Positions 30,371-40,429 of a DNA stretch of 64,000 nucleotides are shown here, in pieces. The position numbers were made by a program, and so were the translations under genes. The stretch comes from Xanthobacteraceae bacterium (GTDB lineage: Bacteria; Pseudomonadota; Alphaproteobacteria; Rhizobiales; Xanthobacteraceae), in the NCBI GenBank assembly GCA_035483735.1, contig DATHPQ010000095.1, forward strand, positions 6,001-70,000, in the 5' to 3' direction. The notes under the pieces are model-generated. The model searched no databases and was not told the origin of the DNA. It worked only from the letters and a program-made list of their open reading frames with translations. Numbering within the stretch: position 1 is the stretch's first letter; each line of letters starts with the position of its first letter.

Positions 30371-30373
30371 ATT
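30339..30373 (+). terminator. intrinsic terminator 110 nt upstream of rimP
   Basis: Stem GAGTGGG(tt)CCC / GGGCCCGCTC with loop CCGG, followed by TTTTTTATT. Strand-specific: there is no U-tract on the other strand. Confidence 0.6.
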
Positions 30374-30416
30374 ACCTGAGGTCCCGTTACCGAGGTCCGG
30401 GCGGCGCTCCGCACGA

Positions 30417-30464
30417 CACGTTTTGCAAGGCCCACGTTTTGTTACAAGGCCACGTTTTGCAAGG
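30417..30464 (+). repeat. three tandem direct repeats CACGTTTTG(TTA)CAAGG
   Basis: CACGTTTTGCAAGG (30417-30430), CACGTTTTGTTACAAGG (30433-30449), CACGTTTTGCAAGG (30451-30464). The array ends 17 nt before the rimP ATG. Confidence 0.85.
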
Positions 30465-30481
30465 AATGGTCCGTAACGCGT

Positions 30482-31084
30482 ATGGACGACAGGACGACGA
30501 ACGCTGAGCTTGTAAGCTTTGCCGACGAGCCGCGGCTCATCTCCGAGCCGGGGCGGGCGGCGCGCGTCGCTGCTGTCGTTGAGCCGGTGCTGGCGTCGCT
30601 CGGCTATCGCCTTGTTCGCGTGCGGGTATCCGCCTTTGCCGGCTGTACGGTGCAGATCATGGCCGAGCGGCCGGACGGCAGTATGAACATCGAGGACTGC
30701 GAAATCGCGTCCCGCGCGCTGTCGCCGGTGCTCGACGTCGCCGATCCGATCGAAAGCGCCTACCGGCTGGAAATCTCTTCGCCCGGCATCGACCGGCCGC
30801 TGGTGCGGCGCTCGGATTTCGATCGCTATGCCGGTCATATCGCGCATGTGGAAATGCAGGTTCCGATCGACGGCCGCCGCCGCTTTCGTGGCGAGCTTTT
30901 AGGCACCGACGGCGATTGCGCGCGGCTGTCCCACGGCGACGCGGAGAACGACCGCATCGAAGTGCAACTGCCGATCAACGACATGACGGAAGCCAGACTC
31001 GTGCTCACCGATTCGCTCATCGCGGAATCGTTGCGCAAGGGCAAGCAGAATCGGCAAACAGAATCAACGCAAGGAGACTCCTGA
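30482..31084 (+). CDS. rimP: ribosome maturation factor RimP
   Basis: ...[18 protein letters not shown]...[14 protein letters not shown]; immediately upstream of nusA. Confidence 0.92.
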   Translation: MDDRTTNAELVSFADEPRLISEPGRAARVAAVVEPVLASLGYRLVRVRVSAFAGCTVQIMAERPDGSMNIEDCEIASRALSPVLDVADPIESAYRLEISSPGIDRPLVRRSDFDRYAGHIAHVEMQVPIDGRRRFRGELLGTDGDCARLSHGDAENDRIEVQLPINDMTEARLVLTDSLIAESLRKGKQNRQTESTQGDS

Positions 31085-32688
31085 TGGCGACGGTTAGCGC
31101 CAACAAACTCGAACTGCTGCAGATCGCCGAAGCGGTCGCGCGCGAAAAGGCGATCGACCGCAAGATCGTGCTCGGCGCCATGGAGGACGCGATCGCCAAA
31201 GCCGCGCGCTCGCGCTACGGCAGCGAGACCGAAGTTCGCGCCGAGATCGATCCGAAGAGCGGCGAGCTGCATCTGTCCCGCCACATGCTGGTGGTCGAGA
31301 CCGTGGAAAATCCCGCGATCCAGATCAGCCTGGAAGACGCGCGCCGGCGCCATCCGGCGGCTCAGATCGGCGACACCATCGCCGATCCGCTGCCGCCGCT
31401 CGAATATGGCCGCATCGCCGCGCAATCGGCCAAGCAGGTGATCGTGCAGAAAGTGCGTGAAGCCGAGCGCGACCGGCAATATGACGAATACAAGGATCGC
31501 ATCGGCGATATCGTCAACGGCATCGTCAAGCGCGTCGAATACGGCAATGTCGTCGTCGATCTCGGCCGCGGCGAAGCCATCGTGCGCCGCGACGAAATGC
31601 TGCCGCGCGAAGTGTTCCGCAACGGCGACCGCATTCGCGCTTACATTTACGATGTCCGCCGCGAGCAGCGCGGGCCGCAGATTTTCCTGTCCCGCACTCA
31701 TCCGCAATTCATGTCGAAGCTGTTCGCGCAGGAGGTGCCGGAAATCTACGACGGTATTGTCGAGGTCAAATCAGTGGCGCGCGATCCCGGTTCGCGCGCG
31801 AAAATCGCCGTGGTATCGCGCGATTCTTCGGTCGATCCGGTCGGCGCCTGCGTCGGCATGCGCGGCTCGCGCGTGCAAGCCGTGGTCAATGAATTGCAGG
31901 GCGAGAAGATCGACATCATTCCGTGGTCGCAAGACATCGCGACCTTCGTCGTCAACGCGCTTGCTCCGGCCGAGGTCGCCAAAGTCGTGCTCGATGAAGA
32001 GCGTGAGCGCATCGAAGTGGTGGTGCCCGACCAGCAGCTCTCGCTCGCCATCGGTCGGCGCGGCCAGAATGTGCGCCTCGCCTCGCAGCTCACCGGCTGG
32101 GACATCGACATCCTCACCGAGCAGGAAGAGTCGGAGCGCCGCCAGGCGGAATTCGAGAACCGCACCCGTATGTTCATCGACACACTCAATGTCGACGAAG
32201 TAATCGGACAGTTGCTCGCCTCGGAAGGCTTCGGCTCGGTCGAAGAGCTGGCGATGGTCGATCCGAAAGAGATCGCCGGCATCGAAGGCTTCGACGAGGA
32301 CACCGCGAACGAGTTGCAGACCCGCGCCCGTGAATATCTCGCCAAGATCGAGGGCGAGCTCGATGCCAAGCGCAAGGAGCTCGGGGTCGAGGACGAACTC
32401 AAGGAAGTCGAGGGTGTTACCGCGGCGATGCTGGTCCGCTTCGGCGAGAACGGCATCAAGACGATCGAAGATCTTGCCGGCTGCGCCACCGACGATCTCG
32501 CCGGCTGGACCGAACGCAAGGACGGCGAGGCAGTCCGGCAAGCGGGCATCCTCGACGGCTTCGAGATTTCACGTGAGGAAGCCGAAGCCCTCATCATGCA
32601 AGCACGGCTCAAAGCCGGCTGGATCACCGAGGCCGATCTTGCAGCGCCTGAGGCGCCGGAAGCGGCACCTGCCGAGGCGGAAGCCTAA
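31084..32688 (+). CDS. nusA: transcription termination/antitermination factor NusA (534 aa)
   Basis: [24 protein letters not shown]..., S1 and KH domains (GACVGMRGSRVQAVVNELQGEKIDII), and C-terminal HhH repeats. Start moved to ATG 31084 (ATGA overlap with rimP). Confidence 0.97.
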   Translation: MATVSANKLELLQIAEAVAREKAIDRKIVLGAMEDAIAKAARSRYGSETEVRAEIDPKSGELHLSRHMLVVETVENPAIQISLEDARRRHPAAQIGDTIADPLPPLEYGRIAAQSAKQVIVQKVREAERDRQYDEYKDRIGDIVNGIVKRVEYGNVVVDLGRGEAIVRRDEMLPREVFRNGDRIRAYIYDVRREQRGPQIFLSRTHPQFMSKLFAQEVPEIYDGIVEVKSVARDPGSRAKIAVVSRDSSVDPVGACVGMRGSRVQAVVNELQGEKIDIIPWSQDIATFVVNALAPAEVAKVVLDEERERIEVVVPDQQLSLAIGRRGQNVRLASQLTGWDIDILTEQEESERRQAEFENRTRMFIDTLNVDEVIGQLLASEGFGSVEELAMVDPKEIAGIEGFDEDTANELQTRAREYLAKIEGELDAKRKELGVEDELKEVEGVTAAMLVRFGENGIKTIEDLAGCATDDLAGWTERKDGEAVRQAGILDGFEISREEAEALIMQARLKAGWITEADLAAPEAPEAAPAEAEA

Positions 32689-32697
32689 CGGAGCCCG

Positions 32698-33393
32698 GTG
32701 CCAGGCATGACGTCTACGACCGAAATCGAGCTCGACAGCGGGCCGCGCGCACAGGAGGTCGAACGCCTGTGCGTCGCGACGCGCGAAGTGCGTCCGGTTT
32801 CGGACTTGATCCGTTTCGTCATCGGACCGGACGGCGAGGCGGTGCCCGACCTCAAGCGCAAACTGCCGGGCCGCGGCGTCTGGGTCACCGCGACGCGCGA
32901 TGTGCTCGGCGAGGCGATCAAACGCAAAGTCTTTGCGCGGGGCTTCAAGCGCGACGTCCGGCTGCCGCCCGACCTGCTTGACCAGACCGGGCGGCTCATC
33001 GAGCAATCCGCGCTCGACGCGCTCGCCATCGCCGCCAAAGCAGGCTCCGTGGTTTCAGGTTTCGCCAAGGTTGAGAATGCGTTGACGCGTTACCATGTAT
33101 TAGCGCTCCTGCATGCCGCCGAAGCCGCGCCCGATGGCGTAAAAAAGCTTAATGCTGCACTGCATCGTACCCTCGACGCTGGCTCGATCCCAGTGATCCA
33201 AGCACTTTCGGGGGCGCAATTGGATTTGGCACTTGGCCGGCCAAATGTGATACATGCAGCCTTGCTCGCCGGATCTGTGAGCGACACGTTTTTGGCGCGT
33301 TTGCAGCGCCTGGAACGGTTTCGCACCGGCATTTTAGGTACAAATCGAGGCGCAGGCGCCGGTTCATCCACCGGCAACGCCGTGCCGCACTGA
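32698..33393 (+). CDS. YlxR/DUF448-family RNA-binding protein fused to an L7Ae-like domain
   Basis: RLCVATREVRPVSDLIRFV...LPGRGVWV (YlxR motif). Position between nusA and infB. The start may be ATG 32707. Confidence 0.85.
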   Translation: MPGMTSTTEIELDSGPRAQEVERLCVATREVRPVSDLIRFVIGPDGEAVPDLKRKLPGRGVWVTATRDVLGEAIKRKVFARGFKRDVRLPPDLLDQTGRLIEQSALDALAIAAKAGSVVSGFAKVENALTRYHVLALLHAAEAAPDGVKKLNAALHRTLDAGSIPVIQALSGAQLDLALGRPNVIHAALLAGSVSDTFLARLQRLERFRTGILGTNRGAGAGSSTGNAVPH

Positions 33394-33423
33394 CCGAGAA
33401 CAAGCGTACGGAACTGGATACGA

Positions 33424-36018
33424 ATGACCGAGACGACGAAAAATAGCGGCGAGAAACTGAGCGTGACGCCGAGCAAAACGCTGACGCTCAAGCGGCCGGG
33501 AGTGGAGCAGGGCGTAGTGCGCCAGAGCTTCAGTCACGGCCGCAGCAAGGCTGTCGTCGTCGAGAAGGTCAAACGCCGTATCGGCCCCGGCGAGGCCAAG
33601 CCCGAACCAGCCGCCGCAGCGCCCGCAGCCGCGCCGAAGCGCGCTGGCGCGCCAGCGCCTAGCCGCAATACTGCGCCTTCGCAAACCCAGAGCGCCGCTC
33701 CCGCCGCCCCGAAATCCTCCGGCGTCGTGCTGCGCACGCTGACCGACGACGAACGCACCGCCCGCGCTCAGGCGCTTGCCGGTGCGCAATTGCGCGAGCA
33801 CGAAGAACGCGAGCGCGCCGAGGAAGAGGCGCGCGTTCGCCGGACCCGCGAAGAGTCGGAGCGCGTCGACCGCGTCGCCGCGGAAACGCGCAAACGCGAC
33901 GAAGAAGATCGCCGCAAGCACGACGAAGAGACCAAGCGCAAGGCCGACGAAGTGGCCAAGAAACGCTTCGGCGGTGATACGACATCGCCGCTCAAGCTCG
34001 GTGCGCCGCGCCCGGCCCAAGAGGCCGAAGAGGACGAGGCGCCACGTACTCCCCGCCGCAGCCCCGGCGGCGCTGTCGTGCGGCCGGCGCCGGCGCCGAA
34101 GCCGACACGCGCCGGCGTTGGCGGTGAAAAACGCCGCGGGCGTCTGACCGTCGTGACCGCGTTGACGGCCGACGAAGTGCGCGAGCGCTCCGTCGCATCG
34201 TTCCGCCGCCGCGTTCAGCGCATGACCGGACACCGCGATGAGCCGAAGGAAAAGATCGCGCGCGAGGTCACGGTCCCGGAAACGATCACCATTCAGGAAT
34301 TGGCCAACCGCATGGCCGAGCGCGGCGTCGACGTGATCCGCATACTAATGCAGCAAGGCCATATGGTGAAGATCACCGACACGATCGACGCCGACACCGC
34401 GCAGCTCATTGCCGAGGAACTCGGCCATACCGTGCGCCGAGTCGCCGAGTCGGACGTCGAAGAAGGCATGTTCGATGCGCCGGACGATCCGGCGAGCTTG
34501 CTGTCGCGCGCGCCCGTCGTCACCATCATGGGCCATGTCGACCACGGCAAGACGTCGCTGCTCGACGCCGTCCGCTCGACCGAAGTCGCGGCCGGTGAAG
34601 CCGGCGGCATTACCCAACATATCGGCGCCTATCAGGTGACCTCGCCGTCCGGCGGCCGCATCACCTTCATCGATACGCCCGGCCATGCCGCCTTCACCGC
34701 GATGCGCGCCCGCGGCGCCAAGATCACCGATATCGTCGTGCTGGTCGTTGCCGCCGACGACGGCGTCATGCCGCAGACCGTCGAAGCGATCCAGCACGCC
34801 AAGGCGGCGAAAGTTCCGATCATCGTCGCCGTCAACAAGATCGACAAAGCCGACGCCAAGCCCGAGCGCGTGCGCACGGAACTGCTGCAGCATGAGATCC
34901 AGGTCGAATCGCTCGGCGGCGACGTGCTCGAAATCGAAGTGTCGGCCAAGGAAAAGACCAATCTCGACAAGCTGCTCGACATTATCGCGTTGCAGTCGGA
35001 AGTGCTGGAATTAAAGGCCAATCCGAACCGCGCGGCCGAGGGCACCGTGATCGAGGCGCGGCTTGACCGCGGCCGCGGCCCGGTCGCCACCGTGCTGGTT
35101 CAGCGCGGCACCTTGAAGCCCGGTGATATCGTCGTGGCCGGCACCGAATGGGGCCGCGTCCGCGCGCTGATGTCGGATACCGGCCATTCCGTTGTCGCGG
35201 CCGGACCGTCGATGCCGGTCGAAGTTCTGGGCTTCAACGGCACGCCGGAAGCCGGCGACCGACTCGCGGTTGTCAATTCCGAAGCCCGCGCCAGGGAAAT
35301 CACCGATTACCGCGAGCGTCAGAAGCGCGAAAAAATGGCGGCACGGCAGACCGGCATGCGCGGTTCGCTCGAGCAGATGATGAGTCAGCTCAAGACGTCA
35401 GGCCGCAAGGAATTTCCGCTGCTGATCAAGGGCGACGTGCAGGGCTCGATCGAAGCGATCCTTGGTGCGCTCGATAAGCTTGGCACCGACGAAGTCGGTG
35501 CGCGGGTGATTTACGCGGGCGCCGGCGGCATCACCGAATCCGACGTCACGCTGGCGGAAGCCTCGGGCGCGGCCGTCATCGGCTTTAATGTCCGTGCGCA
35601 CAAGGAAGCGCGCGAGGCCGCCGAAGCCGCCGGCATCGAGATCCGCTATTACGACATCATCTACAATCTCGTCGATGACGTGAAAAAGGCGATGTCGGGT
35701 CTCCTCGCGCCGACATTGCGCGAGACCATGCTCGGCAATGCCACGATCCTCGAAGTCTTCAAGGTTTCGAAGGTCGGCAACATCGCGGGCTGCCGCGTCA
35801 CCGACGGCACCGTCGAGCGCGGCGCCAATGTGCGGCTCATCCGCGACAATGTCGTCGTCCATCAGGGCAAGCTGTCGCAGCTCAAGCGATTCAAGGACGA
35901 TGCGCGCGAGGTTGTCGCCGGCCAGGAATGCGGCATGGCGTTCGAGAATTATCAGGACATGAAAGTCGGCGACACGATCGAGTGCTATCGCGTGGAGACC
36001 GTTCAGCGGACGCTCTGA
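33424..36018 (+). CDS. infB: translation initiation factor IF-2
   Basis: Charged E/R/K-rich N-terminal region and G domain [14 protein letters not shown] / DTPGHAAF / NKIDK; 864 aa. Confidence 0.98.
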   Translation: MTETTKNSGEKLSVTPSKTLTLKRPGVEQGVVRQSFSHGRSKAVVVEKVKRRIGPGEAKPEPAAAAPAAAPKRAGAPAPSRNTAPSQTQSAAPAAPKSSGVVLRTLTDDERTARAQALAGAQLREHEERERAEEEARVRRTREESERVDRVAAETRKRDEEDRRKHDEETKRKADEVAKKRFGGDTTSPLKLGAPRPAQEAEEDEAPRTPRRSPGGAVVRPAPAPKPTRAGVGGEKRRGRLTVVTALTADEVRERSVASFRRRVQRMTGHRDEPKEKIAREVTVPETITIQELANRMAERGVDVIRILMQQGHMVKITDTIDADTAQLIAEELGHTVRRVAESDVEEGMFDAPDDPASLLSRAPVVTIMGHVDHGKTSLLDAVRSTEVAAGEAGGITQHIGAYQVTSPSGGRITFIDTPGHAAFTAMRARGAKITDIVVLVVAADDGVMPQTVEAIQHAKAAKVPIIVAVNKIDKADAKPERVRTELLQHEIQVESLGGDVLEIEVSAKEKTNLDKLLDIIALQSEVLELKANPNRAAEGTVIEARLDRGRGPVATVLVQRGTLKPGDIVVAGTEWGRVRALMSDTGHSVVAAGPSMPVEVLGFNGTPEAGDRLAVVNSEARAREITDYRERQKREKMAARQTGMRGSLEQMMSQLKTSGRKEFPLLIKGDVQGSIEAILGALDKLGTDEVGARVIYAGAGGITESDVTLAEASGAAVIGFNVRAHKEAREAAEAAGIEIRYYDIIYNLVDDVKKAMSGLLAPTLRETMLGNATILEVFKVSKVGNIAGCRVTDGTVERGANVRLIRDNVVVHQGKLSQLKRFKDDAREVVAGQECGMAFENYQDMKVGDTIECYRVETVQRTL

Positions 36019-36142
36019 GTCCTACACTCACGTCCGCAACTCCACCTCGTTGCCGGGACCTTTTCCGGCAATCCCGAAGTTAGAAGCAAAGCATATTGAA
36101 TTGAGATGCGCGGGCCACGCCCGCGCATGACGGCAGTAGAAA

Positions 36143-36574
36143 ATGACACGTCACCATCAGCGCGAACATTCTGCGGGCGGTTCGCAGCGTCAGCTCCGCG
36201 TCGGCGAATTGATTCGCCACGAGCTCGCGGAAATGCTGTCGCGCGGCGACATCCACGACCCGGTCGTCGAAGCGCATATGATCACGGTGCCGGAAGTGCG
36301 CATGTCGCCGGATCTGCGGCTCGCCACGATCTATGTCATGCCGCTCGGCGGCCGTGACGCGACCGACGTCGTCGCGGCGCTCGAACGCAACAAACGCTAT
36401 GTTCGCGGTGAAATCGCGCGGCGCGTTAATCTAAAATTTGCACCTGAAATTCGCTTCCGCGTTGACGAACGATTCGACGAAGCAGAACGGATCGAGAAGC
36501 TTTTGCGAACACCTGTAGTCCAGCGCGACCTCGAGAGCGAAAAAGAATCAGGCGACGAGAAAGACGAATCATGA
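36143..36574 (+). CDS. rbfA: ribosome-binding factor A
   Basis: [25 protein letters not shown]...[10 protein letters not shown]; infB-rbfA-truB order. Confidence 0.93.
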   Translation: MTRHHQREHSAGGSQRQLRVGELIRHELAEMLSRGDIHDPVVEAHMITVPEVRMSPDLRLATIYVMPLGGRDATDVVAALERNKRYVRGEIARRVNLKFAPEIRFRVDERFDEAERIEKLLRTPVVQRDLESEKESGDEKDES

Positions 36575-37650
36575 GCGCTCAAGCCATCGTCGAACAGAAG
36601 ATCGCCGAGTTGTCCGACTCGCGTCCGGACCAGTCGGCCCCGGAGCAGTCAAGGCAGCGCAGCAAGCAGAAAAAATCCAACAAGCGCGACGTCCACGGCT
36701 GGGTCGTACTCGACAAGCCGGTCGGCATGACCTCGACGCACGCAGTTGCCGTGATCAAGCGGCTGTTTGCGGCGAAACGCGCGGGACATGCAGGGACGCT
36801 TGACCCCCTCGCCTCCGGCTGCCTGCCCATCGCACTCGGGGAAGCCACCAAGACCGTGCCTTACGCGGTCGATAGCCGAAAGACCTACCTCTTCACCGTG
36901 CGCTGGGGTGAGGAACGCGACACCGACGATGCCGAAGGCCGGGTCGTGGCGACGAACGAAGGCCGGCCGGACGCGGCCGCCATTAAGACGCTGCTGCCCC
37001 GTTTCACCGGAATCATAGAGCAGGTGCCGCCCCGCTACTCCGCGATAAAGATAGATGGTGAGCGAGCTTATGATTTAGCACGGGGTGGAGAGACCGTGGA
37101 ACTGGCTCCCCGGCCGGTCACGATCTACCGCCTGGAGCTCGTAGACATGCCAGATTCCGACCATGCGGTGCTGGCGGCCGAATGTGGCAAGGGGACTTAT
37201 GTGCGGTCGCTGGCCCGCGATCTCGGCCGGGCGTTGGGGGTCTTGGGCCATGTCGCGGCGCTACGCCGGAACCGGGTCGGGCCGTTTCACGAGGCCGACA
37301 TGATACCCCTGGAACAGGTTGAAGGTTTGTGCCATAGAGCCGCCGCAGGCGAGGGACACCTTGCCGATACGCTTCTGCCGATCGAGACCGCGCTGGACGA
37401 CATCCCGGCGCTGGCCGTGAGCCCGGCGGACGCGGCAAGGCTCGCTAGGGGCCAAGCCGCATTGTTGCGCGGACGGGATGCCTCAATCTTCCGCGGTATG
37501 GTCCAGGTCGCCTCAAGCGGCCAACTCGTGGCCATTGCCGAGGTCGAACGCGGTGAAATCGTTCCCCGACGTGTGTTTAATTTAGCCGGGATCGCAGGCC
37601 GAGCCGGCAGAAAGAGGGTTCAGGACGATGTCGACAACAACCGCGCGTAA
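36571..37650 (+). CDS. truB: tRNA pseudouridine55 synthase
   Basis: [18 protein letters not shown]...[24 protein letters not shown] (catalytic Asp). ATGA overlap with rbfA. The 3' end overlaps rpsO by 23 nt. Confidence 0.93.
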   Translation: MSAQAIVEQKIAELSDSRPDQSAPEQSRQRSKQKKSNKRDVHGWVVLDKPVGMTSTHAVAVIKRLFAAKRAGHAGTLDPLASGCLPIALGEATKTVPYAVDSRKTYLFTVRWGEERDTDDAEGRVVATNEGRPDAAAIKTLLPRFTGIIEQVPPRYSAIKIDGERAYDLARGGETVELAPRPVTIYRLELVDMPDSDHAVLAAECGKGTYVRSLARDLGRALGVLGHVAALRRNRVGPFHEADMIPLEQVEGLCHRAAAGEGHLADTLLPIETALDDIPALAVSPADAARLARGQAALLRGRDASIFRGMVQVASSGQLVAIAEVERGEIVPRRVFNLAGIAGRAGRKRVQDDVDNNRA

Positions 37651-37897
37651 AGCGGAAGTGATCAAGACGTACGCCTTAAAGGCCGGCGATACCGGTTCGC
37701 CCGAAGTGCAGGTTGCACTGCTGTCGGAGCGGATCAATCAATTGACCGATCATTTCAAGACTCATGTCAAAGACAACCATTCGCGGCGCGGCTTGCTCAA
37801 GCTCGTGTCGCAGCGGCGCCAGATTCTCGATTACCTCCGGCGCACCGACGACGAGCGTTACAAAGGATTGATCGAGCGGCTGGGTATCCGCCGCTAA
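37628..37897 (+). CDS. rpsO: 30S ribosomal protein S15
   Basis: ...[58 protein letters not shown]...; 89 aa. Confidence 0.95.
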   Translation: MSTTTARKAEVIKTYALKAGDTGSPEVQVALLSERINQLTDHFKTHVKDNHSRRGLLKLVSQRRQILDYLRRTDDERYKGLIERLGIRR

Positions 37898-37904
37898 CAA
37901 ATTC

Positions 37905-37927
37905 GCGCGCGGGGCCGTCCCGCGCGC
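37905..37927 (+). terminator. GC-rich hairpin after rpsO (terminator/attenuator at the start of the pnp leader)
   Basis: 9-bp stem GCGCGCGGG / CCCGCGCGC with a 5-nt loop, followed by TTG. The 249-nt rpsO-pnp spacer holds further hairpins (GGCAGC-GAA-GCTGCC at 37964-37978; TGCAGC-TTC-GCTGCA at 38063-38077). Confidence 0.45.
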
Positions 37928-38146
37928 TTGTCGGCGGAGCGCATGAGGCGTCCGCTGTTACCCGGCAGCGAAGCTGCCGCTTTGTCGAATGGGCTTATGC
38001 CCGTTTGTATCCGATGAAGGTCCGAAAGCCATGGCAGGATCGCCGGACGCTGATACGGCATTGCAGCTTCGCTGCAGCGCCGTCAGCGTCTCGCCGTCTT
38101 GCTTATGGCTTTCGCACTTTCGCGAGAACCATGAGAGAAAATCACG

Positions 38147-40315
38147 ATGTTCAATACTCAAACTGTGGAACTTGACTGGGGTGGCCGGCCGCTCAAGCTA
38201 GAAACCGGAAAGGTCGCACGCCAGGCCGACGGCGCCGTTGTCGCCACTTATGGCGAGACCACCGTGCTGGCGACCGTCGTCGCCGCCAAGCAACCCAAAT
38301 CCGGCATCGACTTCCTGCCGCTGACCGTCAATTACACCGAGAAATACTACGCGGCTGGGCGCATCCCCGGGGGCTATTTCAAGCGCGAACGCGGCCCGAC
38401 GGAAAAGGACACTCTCACCTCGCGCCTGATCGATCGTCCGATTCGTCCGCTGTTCGCCGAAGGCTGGCGCTGCGACACCCAGGTCATCGTCACCGTGCTC
38501 TCCCATGATCAGGAAAACGATCCCGATATCGTCGCGATGATCGCAGTCTCCGCCGCGCTGACGCTGTCCGGCGCACCGTTCATGGGTCCGATCGGCGCCG
38601 CGCGCGTCGGCTTCAGCAACGGCGAATATGTGCTGAACCCGACGCTCGACGAGATGAAAGAGACCAAACTCGATCTCGTCGTCGCCGGCACCCAGGACGC
38701 CGTGCTGATGGTCGAGTCGGAAGCGCAGGAGCTGTCCGAAGAGATCATGCTTGGCGCCGTGATGTTCGGTCACCGCCACTTCCAGCCGGTGATCAAAGCG
38801 ATCATCGCGCTCGCCGAGAAAGCCGCCAAGGAGCCGCGCGAATTCGCGATGCCGGAGACGGCGGTGCTGGAAAAGGAAATGCTCGGCGTCATCGAGCAGG
38901 ACCTGCGCAAGGCCTATGCGATCCCGGCCAAGCACGAGCGCCAGGACGCGGTCGCCGCCGCCAAGAAGAAGGTGATGGAGCACTTCTTCCCGGACGGCAC
39001 CGACAATCCGGACCGGCCGATGACGCAGATCGCGGCGGTCTTTAAGGAGCTCGAAGCCAAAATCGTGCGCTGGAATATTCTTGATACCTCAAAGCGCATC
39101 GACGGCCGCGATCTCGTGACCGTACGGCCGATTGTCGTCGAAGCCGGCTTCCTGCCTCGCACGCACGGTTCGGCGCTGTTCACGCGCGGCGAGACGCAAG
39201 CCATCGTCGTCGCCACGCTCGGCACCAGCGAAGACGAGCAATTCATCGACGCGCTGCAGGGCACCTACAAGGAATCCTTCCTGCTGCATTACAACTTTCC
39301 GCCGTTCTCGGTCGGCGAAACCGGCCGCATCGGCGCACCGGGCCGCCGCGAAATCGGCCACGGCAAGCTCGCCTGGCGCGCGATCCGTCCGATGTTGCCG
39401 GCGAAGGAAGAGTTTCCCTACACCATCCGCGTGGTGTCGGAGATTACCGAATCGAACGGCTCGTCGTCGATGGCGACGGTCTGCGGCACCTCGCTCGCAT
39501 TGATGGACGCCGGCGTGCCGCTCAAGCGGCCGACCGCGGGCATCGCGATGGGCCTGATCCTCGAAGACAAGCGCTATGCCGTGCTTTCCGACATTCTCGG
39601 CGACGAGGATCATCTCGGCGACATGGACTTCAAGGTCGCGGGCACCTCCGAAGGCGTGACCGCGCTGCAGATGGACATCAAAATCGCCGGAATCACCGAA
39701 GAGATCATGAAGGTCGCGCTGAGCCAGGCGAAGGGCGGCCGCATGCATATCCTGGGTGAGATGGCGAAGGCTCTCGACCACGCGCGCGCCGAGCTCGGCG
39801 AATACGCGCCGCGCATCGAGACCTTCAAGATCCCGACCGACAAGATCCGCGAAGTGATCGGCACCGGCGGCAAGGTGATCCGCGAGATCGTCGAGAAGAC
39901 CGGCGCCAAGATCAATATCGAGGACGACGGCACCGTGAAGGTCGCGTCGGCCGACGGCGAATCGATCAAGGCGGCAATCAACTGGATCAAGTCGATCGCA
40001 TCGGAGCCGGAAGTCGGTCACATCTACGAAGGCACCGTGGTCAAGGTCATGGACTTCGGCGCTTTCGTGAACTTCTTCGGCGCCAAGGATGGCCTGGTCC
40101 ACATCAGCCAGCTCGCGGCGCGCCGCGTGCAAAAGACCTCCGACGTCGTCAAGGAAGGCGACAAGGTGAAAGTTAAACTGCTCGGCTTTGACGAACGCGG
40201 CAAGACGCGGTTGTCGATGAGGGTCGTCGATCAAGAGACCGGCGAGGATCTCGAAGCCAAGCAGAAGGCGGAAGGCGAGCAGCCGCAAGAAGCAGCGGCA
40301 GGCGGCGCGGAATAA
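38147..40315 (+). CDS. pnp: polyribonucleotide nucleotidyltransferase (PNPase)
   Basis: Two RNase PH domains, KH and S1 domains; [31 protein letters not shown]...; 722 aa. Confidence 0.98.
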   Translation: MFNTQTVELDWGGRPLKLETGKVARQADGAVVATYGETTVLATVVAAKQPKSGIDFLPLTVNYTEKYYAAGRIPGGYFKRERGPTEKDTLTSRLIDRPIRPLFAEGWRCDTQVIVTVLSHDQENDPDIVAMIAVSAALTLSGAPFMGPIGAARVGFSNGEYVLNPTLDEMKETKLDLVVAGTQDAVLMVESEAQELSEEIMLGAVMFGHRHFQPVIKAIIALAEKAAKEPREFAMPETAVLEKEMLGVIEQDLRKAYAIPAKHERQDAVAAAKKKVMEHFFPDGTDNPDRPMTQIAAVFKELEAKIVRWNILDTSKRIDGRDLVTVRPIVVEAGFLPRTHGSALFTRGETQAIVVATLGTSEDEQFIDALQGTYKESFLLHYNFPPFSVGETGRIGAPGRREIGHGKLAWRAIRPMLPAKEEFPYTIRVVSEITESNGSSSMATVCGTSLALMDAGVPLKRPTAGIAMGLILEDKRYAVLSDILGDEDHLGDMDFKVAGTSEGVTALQMDIKIAGITEEIMKVALSQAKGGRMHILGEMAKALDHARAELGEYAPRIETFKIPTDKIREVIGTGGKVIREIVEKTGAKINIEDDGTVKVASADGESIKAAINWIKSIASEPEVGHIYEGTVVKVMDFGAFVNFFGAKDGLVHISQLAARRVQKTSDVVKEGDKVKVKLLGFDERGKTRLSMRVVDQETGEDLEAKQKAEGEQPQEAAAGGAE

Positions 40316-40350
40316 CGCGCTGTCGGCTCGATCGCTTGACACTAAAGACA

Positions 40351-40379
40351 AAGGCGGCCGAGAGGCCGCCTTTTTTATT
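40351..40379. terminator. bidirectional intrinsic terminator between convergent pnp and emrB
   Basis: AAGGCGGCC-GAGA-GGCCGCCTTTTTTATT. The stem is flanked by an A-run upstream and a T-run downstream. Confidence 0.75.
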
Positions 40380-40429
40380 GCCACTCCGGGGCACCGCGAT
40401 GCCACCGCTTTCTTTCTTTTCAGAAGATA

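Noticed and set aside
30447-30462. Sigma-54 (-24/-12) promoter reading of AGGCCACGTTTTGCA within the rimP repeats
   Set aside because: The GG-to-GC distance is 11 nt instead of the strictly required 12, and GGCCAC is not TGGCAC. The neighbouring unit with correct spacing has GT instead of GC.
32565-32580. parS-like GATTTCACGTGAGGAA inside nusA
   Set aside because: Only 11/16 matches to TGTTTCACGTGAAACA, and the right arm is lost. This is probably chance around a CACGTG core.
39089-40405. 438-aa ORF antisense to pnp
   Set aside because: Same artefact class. It runs through the pnp terminator hairpin and has no motifs.
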